Below the pieces are notes generated by a model. That model saw only the letters and a program-made list of their open reading frames with translations, was not told where the DNA came from and made no database searches. Positions 48,556 through 58,610 of a stretch of 64,000 nt of DNA are shown here, one piece after another; the first letter of the stretch is position 1; each line of letters begins with the position of its first letter. Source of the DNA: an uncultured Candidatus Saccharibacteria bacterium (lineage in GTDB: Bacteria > Patescibacteriota > Minisyncoccia > Phycocordibacterales > CSBR16-119); assembly GCA_964490365.1 (NCBI GenBank), contig CAZBAG010000003.1, forward strand, positions 18,116 to 82,115. Reading direction: 5' to 3'. The position numbers were made by a program, and so were the translations under genes.

Positions 48556-50880
48556 ATGACCACTGCTAAAACCTACAGAGTAAAAGGAATGCACTGCGCG
48601 TCATGCGCCGGCATTATTGAGAAGACTTTCAAAAAGACTGAGGGTGTCCAGTCTGCAGAGGTTAACTATGGGACCGAAACGGCAAAAATTTCATATGACG
48701 AATCAAAAACAAACCCTCATCATCTTTCACAAAAAATAGAAAAGTTCGGATACTCTCTCGCTCTGGATCAAGACAATCCTCATAATCATGCAGGTCCCAC
48801 AGCCGAAGAAATGGGTATGTCTCCGAGCGAACATGCAGCACATCTTGGTCTAAATCAAACCAAGAAAGAAAAATTGGCTGAAGTTGCAGCTCAGAGAATA
48901 CTTGTACTTTCAGCTTTGCCTCTTGCTGTCATTGCAGCCTTTGTTATGGGTTGGGATATTTTTGCTCAGTACGGCCTGGTAGCTGAAATGAGCTATATCA
49001 TCAAAGAGTTTTTTCATCACCTTCTGCCTCTCCTTGCAACATATACGCTCTTTGTTGTTGGTAAGCCTTATCTCCAGGGTTTTTATCGATTCCTTCGCTA
49101 TGGCAAAGCGAATATGGATACACTTATCGGTATAGGAACAGTCGCTGCATTTTTATACAGTTTTGCGGTGACCGCTTTTGAAGATGTCCTCAGACCTTTT
49201 ATAAACGTTGATTATCAATACTACGACGTAACCATAGTTGTCATCACCTTTATTGCTCTTGGCAAATATTTAGAGGCTTGGTCCAAAATAAAAACTGGTG
49301 ATGCAATTGAGAAGCTTCTTAACCTTCAGGCAAAAACTGCTCTTGTGGTCCGAGACGGAAAAGAAATTGAGATTTCAGTAAATGATGTAAAGCATAACGA
49401 TCTCATAATTGTTAAACCAGGAGCAAAGATTCCGGTGGATGGTGTGATAACCGAAGGATCATCTTTTGTAGACGAATCAATGGTTACCGGTGAACCAATG
49501 CCAGCCCAAAAGAAAATCGGAGACTCAGTCGTAGCGGGAACAATCAACACAAACGGATCATTTACATTTAAAGCTACGAAAGTTGGTTCAGAAACTCTAC
49601 TCGCACAAATAATCAAAATGGTTGAAGACGCTCAAGGTAGCAAGGCACCTATTCAAGCATTGGCCGATAAAATTTCATCCGTCTTTGTACCAATTGTCCT
49701 CGTTATCGCATTCCTTACCCTTGGCGCTTGGTTATTCTTCGGATCGCAATATCTTGGTTTTTCTCAAGCGCTTTCATTCGGTCTTGTGTCGTTTGTCGGC
49801 ATACTCGTGATCGCTTGCCCTTGTGCACTTGGTCTCGCAACTCCTACGGCAATTATCGTCGGCGTTGGAAAGGGTGCTAAAGAAGGTATCCTCATTAAAG
49901 ATGCGGCAACACTAGAGAAACTCCACAAGGTAAATACAGTGGTGGTTGATAAGACAGGTACGATCACGAAAGGAAAGCCAGCTCTTGTGGATATTCAAAA
50001 TCTTTCAGATAAAAAGGATGACGAACTTGTATCCATCCTTGCATCGCTTGAAAAGAAATCAGAACACCCGATCGCCCATGCGATCGTAAGCTATGCGCAA
50101 GAGAAAAACATTCGGGTATCTAATATTTCAAATTTCGAGGGCATACAAGGTAAAGGACTTAAGGGAACAATTAGTGGAACTGAATACTTTGTTGGCAATG
50201 CCAAACTCATTAAAGACCTGAGTATTTCATTCGATTCGTCAAAAGTTGAGCAGTTCACAGCTCAAGGAAAAACTCCGGTCATTCTCGCAACTAAAGAAAA
50301 GGTTCTCGGTTTTGTCATGGTGGCCGATGAAATAAAAGCGGAATCGATTGAAGCAGTAAAAAATCTCCACTCGCTTGGTATCAAAGTAGTGATGCTCACC
50401 GGCGATGATGAAAAGGCAGCAAAATACATTGCCTCATTGGTTGGTATTGATGATGTGGTTGCGCACGTACTTCCTGAAGACAAATTGAAAAAGATTGAGG
50501 AGCTGCAGTCACAAGGTCGAGTGGTTGCCATGGCAGGTGATGGTGTAAACGACGCTCCTGCACTCGCTCAAGCTGATGTGGGTATTGCCATGGGGACCGG
50601 AACTGATGTGGCTATCGAATCGGCCGGCATTACACTTCTCGGGGGTGATATTTCAAAGCTCGTAAAAGCTATCAAACTTTCAAAAATGACCATGCGCGGC
50701 ATCAAACAGAATCTCTTCTGGGCTTTCATCTACAATATTGTCGGTATTCCTCTTGCAGCTGGGGCGTTATATCCAGTCTTCGGTTGGCTCCTTAATCCCG
50801 TCTTTGCCGGATTTGCCATGGCGATGTCTTCGGTATCGGTCGTATCAAACTCACTTAGGATTAAAGCTCAAAAACTATAA
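48556..50880 (+). CDS. copA: Copper-translocating P1B-type ATPase
   Basis: GMHCASC HMA domain, [29 protein letters not shown] and MAMSS TM motifs. Confidence 0.95.
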   Translation: MTTAKTYRVKGMHCASCAGIIEKTFKKTEGVQSAEVNYGTETAKISYDESKTNPHHLSQKIEKFGYSLALDQDNPHNHAGPTAEEMGMSPSEHAAHLGLNQTKKEKLAEVAAQRILVLSALPLAVIAAFVMGWDIFAQYGLVAEMSYIIKEFFHHLLPLLATYTLFVVGKPYLQGFYRFLRYGKANMDTLIGIGTVAAFLYSFAVTAFEDVLRPFINVDYQYYDVTIVVITFIALGKYLEAWSKIKTGDAIEKLLNLQAKTALVVRDGKEIEISVNDVKHNDLIIVKPGAKIPVDGVITEGSSFVDESMVTGEPMPAQKKIGDSVVAGTINTNGSFTFKATKVGSETLLAQIIKMVEDAQGSKAPIQALADKISSVFVPIVLVIAFLTLGAWLFFGSQYLGFSQALSFGLVSFVGILVIACPCALGLATPTAIIVGVGKGAKEGILIKDAATLEKLHKVNTVVVDKTGTITKGKPALVDIQNLSDKKDDELVSILASLEKKSEHPIAHAIVSYAQEKNIRVSNISNFEGIQGKGLKGTISGTEYFVGNAKLIKDLSISFDSSKVEQFTAQGKTPVILATKEKVLGFVMVADEIKAESIEAVKNLHSLGIKVVMLTGDDEKAAKYIASLVGIDDVVAHVLPEDKLKKIEELQSQGRVVAMAGDGVNDAPALAQADVGIAMGTGTDVAIESAGITLLGGDISKLVKAIKLSKMTMRGIKQNLFWAFIYNIVGIPLAAGALYPVFGWLLNPVFAGFAMAMSSVSVVSNSLRIKAQKL

Positions 50881-50885
50881 TTATC

Positions 50886-51917
50886 ATGTCTACACAAACA
50901 CAGAAATACACCTTTCACGTTCATGGCATGCACTGCAACTCCTGTGTACTTATGACTGAAAGTGAGATCGGCGATCTGCCGAACGTCACTCATGTTAAAT
51001 CGAGCTTGAAAAATCATTCAGTTCAAGTAATTGGCGACTTTAGAAATAAGACATTGGAACAGATCGCAGAAGAACTTACCGTCCCCCTCAAGCCTCATGG
51101 CTATACTGTGTCAGTTGAAAAACAAAAACATAATGCCAAATGGGGAGACTTTAAAATTGCGATCCCAATCGCACTAAGTTTTGCTGTCCTCTTTGTAGTC
51201 CTGCAGAAACTGGGAATTGTTAACCTAGTGAGCGCAGGCAATGTCACATACGGCACTGCTTTCGTGATCGGTATCATTGCTTCACTTTCAACATGCATGG
51301 CAGTTGTCGGCGGGCTAGTTCTATCAATGTCAGCAACTTTTGCTAAAGAGGGCGACAAGATAAAACCTCAGCTTATGTTCCATGCTGGACGAATAGCCTC
51401 ATTCTTTGTACTCGGTGGAGTAATTGGTGCGATCGGGTCAGCATTTACACTCAATACTTCTGCGACGTTTATCCTGAGTTTGATAATTGGCATAGTCATG
51501 CTCATCCTCGGTATCAATCTTCTCGATACATTCCATTGGGCAAAAAAGTTGCAGCCGTCAATGCCGAAGTTTATTGCTAAGCATGCTCATAGCGTATCAA
51601 AGTTCAATCATACACTTACGCCGCTTCTTGTAGGTATTGTTACTTTTTTCCTGCCATGCGGATTCACACAGTCAATGCAACTTTATACGCTTACCACTGG
51701 TAATTTCCTTCATGGCGGACTGACTATGCTCGCGTTTGCACTTGGAACATTGCCAGTTCTCGCGCTCATTAGTTTTAGCTCATTCAGTATTCAAAAAAGT
51801 TCAAAGGCAGGAGTGTTCTTTAAGACTGCAGGGCTTATTGTGATTATGTTCGCATTATTCAATCTCATTAATAGTCTGGTAGTGATCGGAGTCATACCGC
51901 CAATATTTAACTTCTAG
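50886..51917 (+). CDS. HMA domain plus DsbD_2/TauE-like membrane protein
   Basis: GMHCNSC; TCMAVVGG and FFLPCGFTQ TM cysteines. Confidence 0.85.
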   Translation: MSTQTQKYTFHVHGMHCNSCVLMTESEIGDLPNVTHVKSSLKNHSVQVIGDFRNKTLEQIAEELTVPLKPHGYTVSVEKQKHNAKWGDFKIAIPIALSFAVLFVVLQKLGIVNLVSAGNVTYGTAFVIGIIASLSTCMAVVGGLVLSMSATFAKEGDKIKPQLMFHAGRIASFFVLGGVIGAIGSAFTLNTSATFILSLIIGIVMLILGINLLDTFHWAKKLQPSMPKFIAKHAHSVSKFNHTLTPLLVGIVTFFLPCGFTQSMQLYTLTTGNFLHGGLTMLAFALGTLPVLALISFSSFSIQKSSKAGVFFKTAGLIVIMFALFNLINSLVVIGVIPPIFNF

Positions 51918-51930
51918 TATAATTCTAATC

Positions 51931-52320
51931 ATGAAAGCAACTATTATTTCAGTCATTGTGGCGGTGTCCCTCATCGGGGGAGCTTTCTTGCTTAGCCGAG
52001 GAAGTTCTAGCGATGATAATTCTATTCCCGCAAACAATGTCAGCATCGTGGATGGAAAACAAATAATCGAGATACGAGCAAAAGGCGGATACCGGCCACG
52101 AAAGAGTATTGCGAAAGCCGGCATGCCTACAGTGTTGCGATTCAATACCGCAGGCACATTCGACTGCTCATCCTCGGTACGCATTCCAAGTCTCAATATC
52201 AGCAAAGGTCTGCTACAGTCAGGTTCTACTGACATAGATATTGGTACCGGAAAGCTGGGAACACTTCAGGGTTCATGCGGAATGGGCATGTATCCGTTTG
52301 AAGTTGAGTTTCAAAGTTAA
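51931..52320 (+). CDS. Cupredoxin-like domain protein
   Basis: TM, GGYRP, DCSS, SCGMGMY. Confidence 0.82.
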   Translation: MKATIISVIVAVSLIGGAFLLSRGSSSDDNSIPANNVSIVDGKQIIEIRAKGGYRPRKSIAKAGMPTVLRFNTAGTFDCSSSVRIPSLNISKGLLQSGSTDIDIGTGKLGTLQGSCGMGMYPFEVEFQS

Positions 52321-52346
52321 TTATTATTAATGTAAATTAAAAATAT

Positions 52347-52715
52347 ATGACAACAAATAAAAAATTAGAATGGATATTGAGGATTGGTGTAGCCGGTGAA
52401 TTTTTGGGGCATGGTATTTTCGCACTTCAAGGTAAAGCTGATTGGATAAAGTGGACACAGCAGCTTTCAGGTATGGAAGCCTCAACTGCTACAACTTTTA
52501 TTTTTATCGTCGGTCTCGTCGATGTTCTCTTGGCTATTCTGGTTCTAGTAAAACCGGTCCGTCCCATCCTACTTTGGATGGCATTTTGGGGGTTTTGGAC
52601 AGCGCTTGTTCGCCCGCTAGTCGGAATGCCTATATGGGATTTCATCGAGCGTTTCGCTAACTGGGCAGCACCGTTGGCTCTCTACTACGTTTATAGAGTG
52701 AACAAGGATAAGTAG
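52347..52715 (+). CDS. DoxX-like small membrane protein
   Basis: LRIGVAGEFLGHG; WDFIER..NW..P; 3-4 TM segments. Confidence 0.65.
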   Translation: MTTNKKLEWILRIGVAGEFLGHGIFALQGKADWIKWTQQLSGMEASTATTFIFIVGLVDVLLAILVLVKPVRPILLWMAFWGFWTALVRPLVGMPIWDFIERFANWAAPLALYYVYRVNKDK

Positions 52716-52720
52716 CTTGT

Positions 52721-52960
52721 TTAAGGTACAAAGTTTGCAGCCTTCTCAGTTGCAGCATCTTTAGCAGGTTGGACTTGTTCGTGCCAACAAACGTCTATAT
52801 CCCATCTGATTGGCCATTCAAATACACAATTAGTTACAAATCGATAAGCAAATATGCAAATAAAGCTGACAGCGAAAATACTTATAAAAAGTATCCACTG
52901 GAACTTTTCAAATTCAGTCATTTTCTTTTCTCTGTGTCTGTGAAATCTGCGACGACTCAT
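52721..52960 (-). CDS. Small membrane hypothetical protein
   Basis: TM segment; start overlaps the stop of the upstream ORF (ATGA coupling). Confidence 0.45.
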   Translation of the reverse strand: MSRRRFHRHREKKMTEFEKFQWILFISIFAVSFICIFAYRFVTNCVFEWPIRWDIDVCWHEQVQPAKDAATEKAANFVP

Positions 52961-53271
52961 AGTATTGGATTATTATTTTCGTCCACTCGATGATATTTTT
53001 CTTTAAGAATTTTCGTGAATTCATCAAGTTCAGTTTTACTAACCCACTTAGCATTGTAGAATTTTACAAACGCAAACCACTCTTCAGTTGTTGGAGTAAA
53101 GAAGTGAACCATATTGTTTGCGTACTGATCATCCCATGTCCGAATATCAACTCTGCCGTAGGCCCAGTCTCTGATTTTAGGATTTATCAGGGTCGGATCA
53201 GTCCAACCTTGTTCCACAAATATCAGTTGGAATTTGTCTTTGTATTCAGCTGGAGTTTCTTGATCGTTCAT
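52957..53271 (-). CDS. Hypothetical protein
   Basis: 104-aa ORF downstream of and co-oriented with the RelA/SpoT-domain gene. Confidence 0.55.
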   Translation of the reverse strand: MNDQETPAEYKDKFQLIFVEQGWTDPTLINPKIRDWAYGRVDIRTWDDQYANNMVHFFTPTTEEWFAFVKFYNAKWVSKTELDEFTKILKEKYHRVDENNNPIL

Positions 53272-53348
53272 GTCCGCATTTTAACTTCAAACAAAAGATT
53301 AGTGAATGAATGGTAAAAATAGGGTTCCATTCACTGGTTTTATTGAAA

Positions 53349-56273
53349 TTAAGGGCCAAACTCTCGTTTTCGAATCTCAACACCCTCCTCGGCTCGTTTT
53401 CGTTCGTGCATGATTCTTACGTTAAGGTATTTTTCGTATTCCACAGCAAAATTCTTTACGGCGGTATGAGGATCGGTCTTAAGTTTCTGTGCATCCGCTT
53501 TCTTTGCTTCGTAGGCTGTTACAAAACCGTCTTCTCCCATGACTACACCTGTTTGAGAAAGACTACCGAATAGCGAACCCCGAATCTCATCATATTTGGC
53601 ATGGTCATGGTATTTTTTAGCGATTGCTTTTACTACGCCAAATAGAAAATCCTCCCCTTGGCGTTTATTAATTATGGATAAAACTATATCCAGTTCTTCT
53701 TTTCCACCATTATTTACAAGATCAACCAGGGACTGCTCAAAGGTGGGGCTGAAACTTGAAAAGATTTCTTCCAAAAGATGGCTAGCTTCCCATCGAAACA
53801 ACCATTTGTTTTTCTTGCCACCTTTACTGAACCATGCCAAAAGCATAGGTATAATTTTTGTCTCATTTTTCTTTAAGGCAGCATTGAGTTTGTGAAAATT
53901 AAAGGGAACAGCATCGTATCTGTCATATATGTTTCTCTCACGTTTTGATTTAAGTTCGACTCTTTTGTAGAAAAAATCAATTATCTTTTCAGGATACTTT
54001 TCAGCAAGCGGCATCAGAACCTCCTCGATATGATAGTCGATGTGTGGGAACATCAATAAGTTTTCAACAAGTACGTCAAAGTCTTTTTCAGAAAAATCCT
54101 TTAAAATAGATTCTCCTCGAAACCAGACGTTCTGAATCCACCAGTAGTTTTTATTTTTTGTAAGCTCTTTAAGTGTCTTTATAAATAAAGCTCTCGTGTT
54201 TTTATATTTTGGGTAGTTTCTGACTATTGAACCTGTGATGTTGTTAAGGGCTTGCAAATCCTTCTTTGCTTTTGCCTTAGTGAATATTTTATTCAAGATT
54301 TTTCCATCAATTTCTTCCACATAGTCAAATAGGCGTGCTGAAACCGCTAAATGCTTATCATCCATGGTCCATTCACTGACAATCTGTTTTGCCTTCTTCT
54401 TTTGAGGGCCTGACCAAATTCCAGCTATAAGGTGAATGAGAAACGGATCAAGCTCTGGAGTATCGATGAGTTGCAGAGCAAGGTTGGTTTTTTGCTTTCC
54501 AAGCTCATAAAGGAATTTGTTGAAATATTGAAATTCGCCTGGCTCGACGCTGGAGTAGTTTTTAATAATTTTTAGAATTTTAAGTTTCCATTCAGGAATA
54601 TTTTCCTGGGTAATATCCTGCACATATTGAGATACCTGATTGTTTCTTGTTTTTGCTGCTTTACCCCAATCCATTTCCTCGTCAAAACGTCCATCATAGC
54701 CAACAAGCACTCTGTACATTTGGTAATCCTGATTTGAGTGGATTATGGCATCTAAATCTCCAATACGAGCAAAAGACTCTCTCTTAAATCTCCTTATAAG
54801 CCAGTATGACTGCTCCTCAATTTCTTTCATGATCTCATTTTCAGCAGATGGGAGTATAGAAATATAAAAATCAATTAGCTCATTAGTGTTTTCGATAATG
54901 ACCTTCTCCATTTCTTCGTTCTTTTCTCCTCGATCTGAAGTGTAAGATGCTTGCTGTAGTCTTTTCAGCACTTTCTCTTTTAGACTGACGCTGGGAGCAA
55001 GGAAGTAGAGCTTTTTACCAAGTGCCAGCGTTCTTTTTCTGACCTCGAGAAGTGGTTTGTCGGGGTGTAAGGCTCCGAAATGAAAAGTGAATGTTTTATA
55101 ATCAGTCATCTCATGACCCTCAAAAGAAGGGTCGAGAAGGTGACCAACTGCTTCGGCAGCAAGATCAAATCGTTTTAATGTCTCAGCTTCACTCCACGCT
55201 TCAATTTTTTCCAAAAGAAGAATTTGCATTTGATATCCTATCTGTTTCAATGCCCTAAGATCGTACTGTGCAAAATGCTCGAATACTTTCAATACCTTTG
55301 CTTTAATATCCTTGTCTGTATCTTCAGCAATCTCTGCTAACAAATCAAAAGCTTCTATTGGTCTATGAAATCTAAGTTTTTCGATTATATCGAGACACAC
55401 GATTGCCACATCTTTATATGAATGACCGGCAAGCTTACCAAAAGGGGTCTCCATTGGCTCAGTTTTGGTATTTTTTGCTTTGGCGATTACAGCTTTAATT
55501 ATCGTTGCCGCATTAAGGTGTTCTGGAGTCTTGTCTCCAAATTCTTCGATGTATTTTAAAAGGAGCTTTAAATTTTCGTGCAATTCATTATTTGATTTTG
55601 AATCAAGTACGCTCTTAAGAAAGGACTCGTCAAAGATTTTTTTACCTTCCTTTACCTTTTGAATCTCTTTTGCAATGAAGTCAAAAGTATACTGGGCTTC
55701 CTTGATATGATTCTTCATCGTATCTGCCAGGCGTTTTTGTAGAGATTCAAAGGTATGTGAATCAAAGTTTTTGATTTCATCATCAGGTTTATAGGTAGAA
55801 TCATGAGCCATTTCTGACCATGCATGATAAAGGACTGTGGTGAGCTGAATTTCGCATTTTAGTCCATTGAATCTTTGATACTTTGCTGATTTCAAAAGGT
55901 CGTCTTTTAATTTAACAATCAAATGTGATGCATTGTAACCATCTGTAGAAAATCTAAGGTTATGTTTGACAACCTCGAATTCTTTGAATAACAGGTTTGC
56001 AAATCTATCAATATTATCTGTATAAAAAATAACTCTGCAGCCAGAAAGATCATCTATTTCAAGTAAATCTTTAACATTTACCTTGCCACTCTCCAGCTTT
56101 CTTTTTAAGTGATCAGGGTCTTTTTCTCTACTTGCAACCATTTGGTATCCAAATGATTCATTTTTTAATATACTCTCCAAAATTGATTTTACTTCGAGAG
56201 CAAAATCATGAAAGTCCTCCTTTCTCTTTTTATAGCTTTCAATTAAGGTTTTAATATTTTCTTCTTTTGACAT
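53349..56273 (-). CDS. RelA/SpoT synthetase-domain protein with a long helical C-terminal region
   Basis: SREK, DDLSGCRVI, GYNASHL, EIQLTT..HAWSEMAHD..YK in the first ~165 aa; ~780-aa helical tail. Confidence 0.8.
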   Translation of the reverse strand: MSKEENIKTLIESYKKRKEDFHDFALEVKSILESILKNESFGYQMVASREKDPDHLKRKLESGKVNVKDLLEIDDLSGCRVIFYTDNIDRFANLLFKEFEVVKHNLRFSTDGYNASHLIVKLKDDLLKSAKYQRFNGLKCEIQLTTVLYHAWSEMAHDSTYKPDDEIKNFDSHTFESLQKRLADTMKNHIKEAQYTFDFIAKEIQKVKEGKKIFDESFLKSVLDSKSNNELHENLKLLLKYIEEFGDKTPEHLNAATIIKAVIAKAKNTKTEPMETPFGKLAGHSYKDVAIVCLDIIEKLRFHRPIEAFDLLAEIAEDTDKDIKAKVLKVFEHFAQYDLRALKQIGYQMQILLLEKIEAWSEAETLKRFDLAAEAVGHLLDPSFEGHEMTDYKTFTFHFGALHPDKPLLEVRKRTLALGKKLYFLAPSVSLKEKVLKRLQQASYTSDRGEKNEEMEKVIIENTNELIDFYISILPSAENEIMKEIEEQSYWLIRRFKRESFARIGDLDAIIHSNQDYQMYRVLVGYDGRFDEEMDWGKAAKTRNNQVSQYVQDITQENIPEWKLKILKIIKNYSSVEPGEFQYFNKFLYELGKQKTNLALQLIDTPELDPFLIHLIAGIWSGPQKKKAKQIVSEWTMDDKHLAVSARLFDYVEEIDGKILNKIFTKAKAKKDLQALNNITGSIVRNYPKYKNTRALFIKTLKELTKNKNYWWIQNVWFRGESILKDFSEKDFDVLVENLLMFPHIDYHIEEVLMPLAEKYPEKIIDFFYKRVELKSKRERNIYDRYDAVPFNFHKLNAALKKNETKIIPMLLAWFSKGGKKNKWLFRWEASHLLEEIFSSFSPTFEQSLVDLVNNGGKEELDIVLSIINKRQGEDFLFGVVKAIAKKYHDHAKYDEIRGSLFGSLSQTGVVMGEDGFVTAYEAKKADAQKLKTDPHTAVKNFAVEYEKYLNVRIMHERKRAEEGVEIRKREFGP

Positions 56274-56338
56274 GAATATTTGTTTACGTGTTGATAACTG
56301 GGGTTGATGACTTTCTATTTATTTTCTATAATATCACC

Positions 56339-57799
56339 ATGATTACAAAGAAGCAAAAAAGTGTCCTAGATTTCATCACTGATTATCAAAAGAGTAAGGG
56401 GTATGCTCCCGCTCTTGAGGAGATAAGGAAGAAATTTAAACTTGCTTCTGTTTCAACTGCTCATCATCATGTGACAAAGCTTCGTGATTTGGGATATCTT
56501 GAGAAAGAAGAGAACAAACCTAGAGCAATTGATATCGTGGATAGAGAGATGATGGTAAAAATCCCTCTTCTTGGAACTATTGCAGCAGGACAACCCATTG
56601 AAGCTATACAAAATAAAGAGACTATTGCTGTGGCTAAAAGCAAAATACCTTCCTCTTCTGAGGTCTATGCTTTACGTGTTGTCGGAAATAGTATGATTGA
56701 GGAAAATATTAATGATGGAGACATTATTTTAGTAAAAAATCAGCAGACAGCAGAGAATGGACAGAAAGTTGTAGCTCTTATAGATAATCAAGAAACAACA
56801 CTAAAGAAATTTTATAAAGAAAAAGGACATATTCGACTCCAGCCAGCAAATAAGGATATGGAACCTCTTATTTTTAAGAGTACTAAAGATGTATCTGTTC
56901 AAGGCGTAGTGCTTGATGTGATAAAAGAACAAAGGTCCCTTCCTCTAGAGTTACCAGAACAAAAAGAATTAGAAAAATTTAAGGAACTTCCTTTAAATAA
57001 ATTTATATGTGGTGACGCGATACATTATCTTCGAAGACTACCAGATAGGTCAGTAGATCTAATTGTCGCAGATCCTCCTTACAATCTTTCTAAGGGAAGT
57101 AATATCCGTTTTGATAACCAAGTTAATAAACTTAAGGGTTTTGGTGGTACCTGGAATAAAGTTATGGAGCAATGGGATAGCATGCCAATGGCGGATTATT
57201 TTGAATTTACTATTAAGTGGGTACAGGAAGCAAAAAGAGTTTTAAAACCTACAGGTTCTATATGGGTATTTGGAACTTACCACAATATTGGAATTATTAA
57301 CTTTATTTTCCAAACTCTCGGCATCGAAATTATCAATGAAGTAGTTTGGTATAAACGTAATGCTTTTCCAAATCTAGCAGGGCGAAGATTTACAGCAAGT
57401 CACGAGACATTATTGTGGGGTCATGTTGGAAATGAAAAGAGACAATATTACTTTGACTATAAACAATCTAAAAGTTATGCAGACCCTTCTGATTTATTAA
57501 AGGCGGGAGGAAAACAGATGCGTACTGTTTGGGATATTCCAAACAACAAAGGAGCCGGGGAGATTAGCTTTGGTAAGCACCCAACCCAAAAACCATTGAG
57601 TGTTTGTAAAAGGATAATCTCTTTAACTTCTAAACCAGGTGATGTTGTCGTAGCTCCTTTTGGAGGTGCTGGAAGTGAGTGTGTTGCAGCAAAAGAATTA
57701 GGTAGAAATTATTTAGGGTTTGAGCTTGATCAGCAGTATGTGGATATAGCACAGAAACGACTTTCAGCTGTTCGTAATCAAGATACACTTTTCTCATAA
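56339..57799 (+). CDS. LexA repressor fused to a beta-class N6/N4 DNA methyltransferase
   Basis: LexA wHTH, IAAGQP cleavage site, GNSM Ser, TLKKF Lys; then DPPY, HPTQKP, PFGGAGS. Confidence 0.9.
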   Translation: MITKKQKSVLDFITDYQKSKGYAPALEEIRKKFKLASVSTAHHHVTKLRDLGYLEKEENKPRAIDIVDREMMVKIPLLGTIAAGQPIEAIQNKETIAVAKSKIPSSSEVYALRVVGNSMIEENINDGDIILVKNQQTAENGQKVVALIDNQETTLKKFYKEKGHIRLQPANKDMEPLIFKSTKDVSVQGVVLDVIKEQRSLPLELPEQKELEKFKELPLNKFICGDAIHYLRRLPDRSVDLIVADPPYNLSKGSNIRFDNQVNKLKGFGGTWNKVMEQWDSMPMADYFEFTIKWVQEAKRVLKPTGSIWVFGTYHNIGIINFIFQTLGIEIINEVVWYKRNAFPNLAGRRFTASHETLLWGHVGNEKRQYYFDYKQSKSYADPSDLLKAGGKQMRTVWDIPNNKGAGEISFGKHPTQKPLSVCKRIISLTSKPGDVVVAPFGGAGSECVAAKELGRNYLGFELDQQYVDIAQKRLSAVRNQDTLFS

Positions 57800-57803
57800 T
57801 GTC

Positions 57804-58610
57804 ATGATTCTAAAACCCTTTATAAAATGGACCGGAAGTAAACGGTCCCAAGCTGAAGAAATAACCTCTTATTTTCCTAAAGAGATTGATACTTACTACG
57901 AACCGTTTTTAGGTAGTGGTGCAATTTTAGGACATCTGAAACCAAAAAAGGCTGTAGGTGGAGATGTAAATAAACCCCTCATTGAGCTTTGGAAAATATT
58001 GAAGGAAGATCCAGAAAAAGTTGCAAAGGAGTATACAAAACATTGGCAATCATTACAGGATGAGGGTCACTTATATTTCTATAAAATAAGAGAACGGTTC
58101 AATAAAAAGCAATCACCAATAGACTTTCTTTTTCTAACCAGGACATGTGTAAATGGTCTTATTCGCTATAACAAAAATGGAGAATTTAATAATTCACTAC
58201 ACCATACACGTAAGGGAATGAATCCTGAGCAACTAAGAAAGATCATTCTTCAGTGGGCTATTCTTATTAAAAGCTACAGATTTTCAGATCAATCTTACGA
58301 GATAACAACAAAAGACGCTGGTAAAAATGATTTTGTGTATCTGGACCCTCCTTATGCAAACACTGGGACTAGATATTTTGGAGGAATCGATTATGACAAT
58401 TTCATTAGTTACCTTGAACAGTTAAATAAGAAGGGTATAAAATTCGCTCTTTCATTTGACGGTACCAGAGGAGATAAATCCTTTGTCGTTGAGATTCCAA
58501 AACATTTATACAAACGGCACATTCTCGTTCACTCGGGAAACTCTGCTTTTAATAAGGTCCAGAACGGAAAGGTGGAGAAAGTTCACGAATCTCTTTACCT
58601 GAATTATTGA
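57804..58610 (+). CDS. Dam-like (D12 class) adenine methyltransferase
   Basis: KWTGSK, YYEPFLGSGA, RYNKNGEFN, YLDPPY. Confidence 0.9.
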   Translation: MILKPFIKWTGSKRSQAEEITSYFPKEIDTYYEPFLGSGAILGHLKPKKAVGGDVNKPLIELWKILKEDPEKVAKEYTKHWQSLQDEGHLYFYKIRERFNKKQSPIDFLFLTRTCVNGLIRYNKNGEFNNSLHHTRKGMNPEQLRKIILQWAILIKSYRFSDQSYEITTKDAGKNDFVYLDPPYANTGTRYFGGIDYDNFISYLEQLNKKGIKFALSFDGTRGDKSFVVEIPKHLYKRHILVHSGNSAFNKVQNGKVEKVHESLYLNY

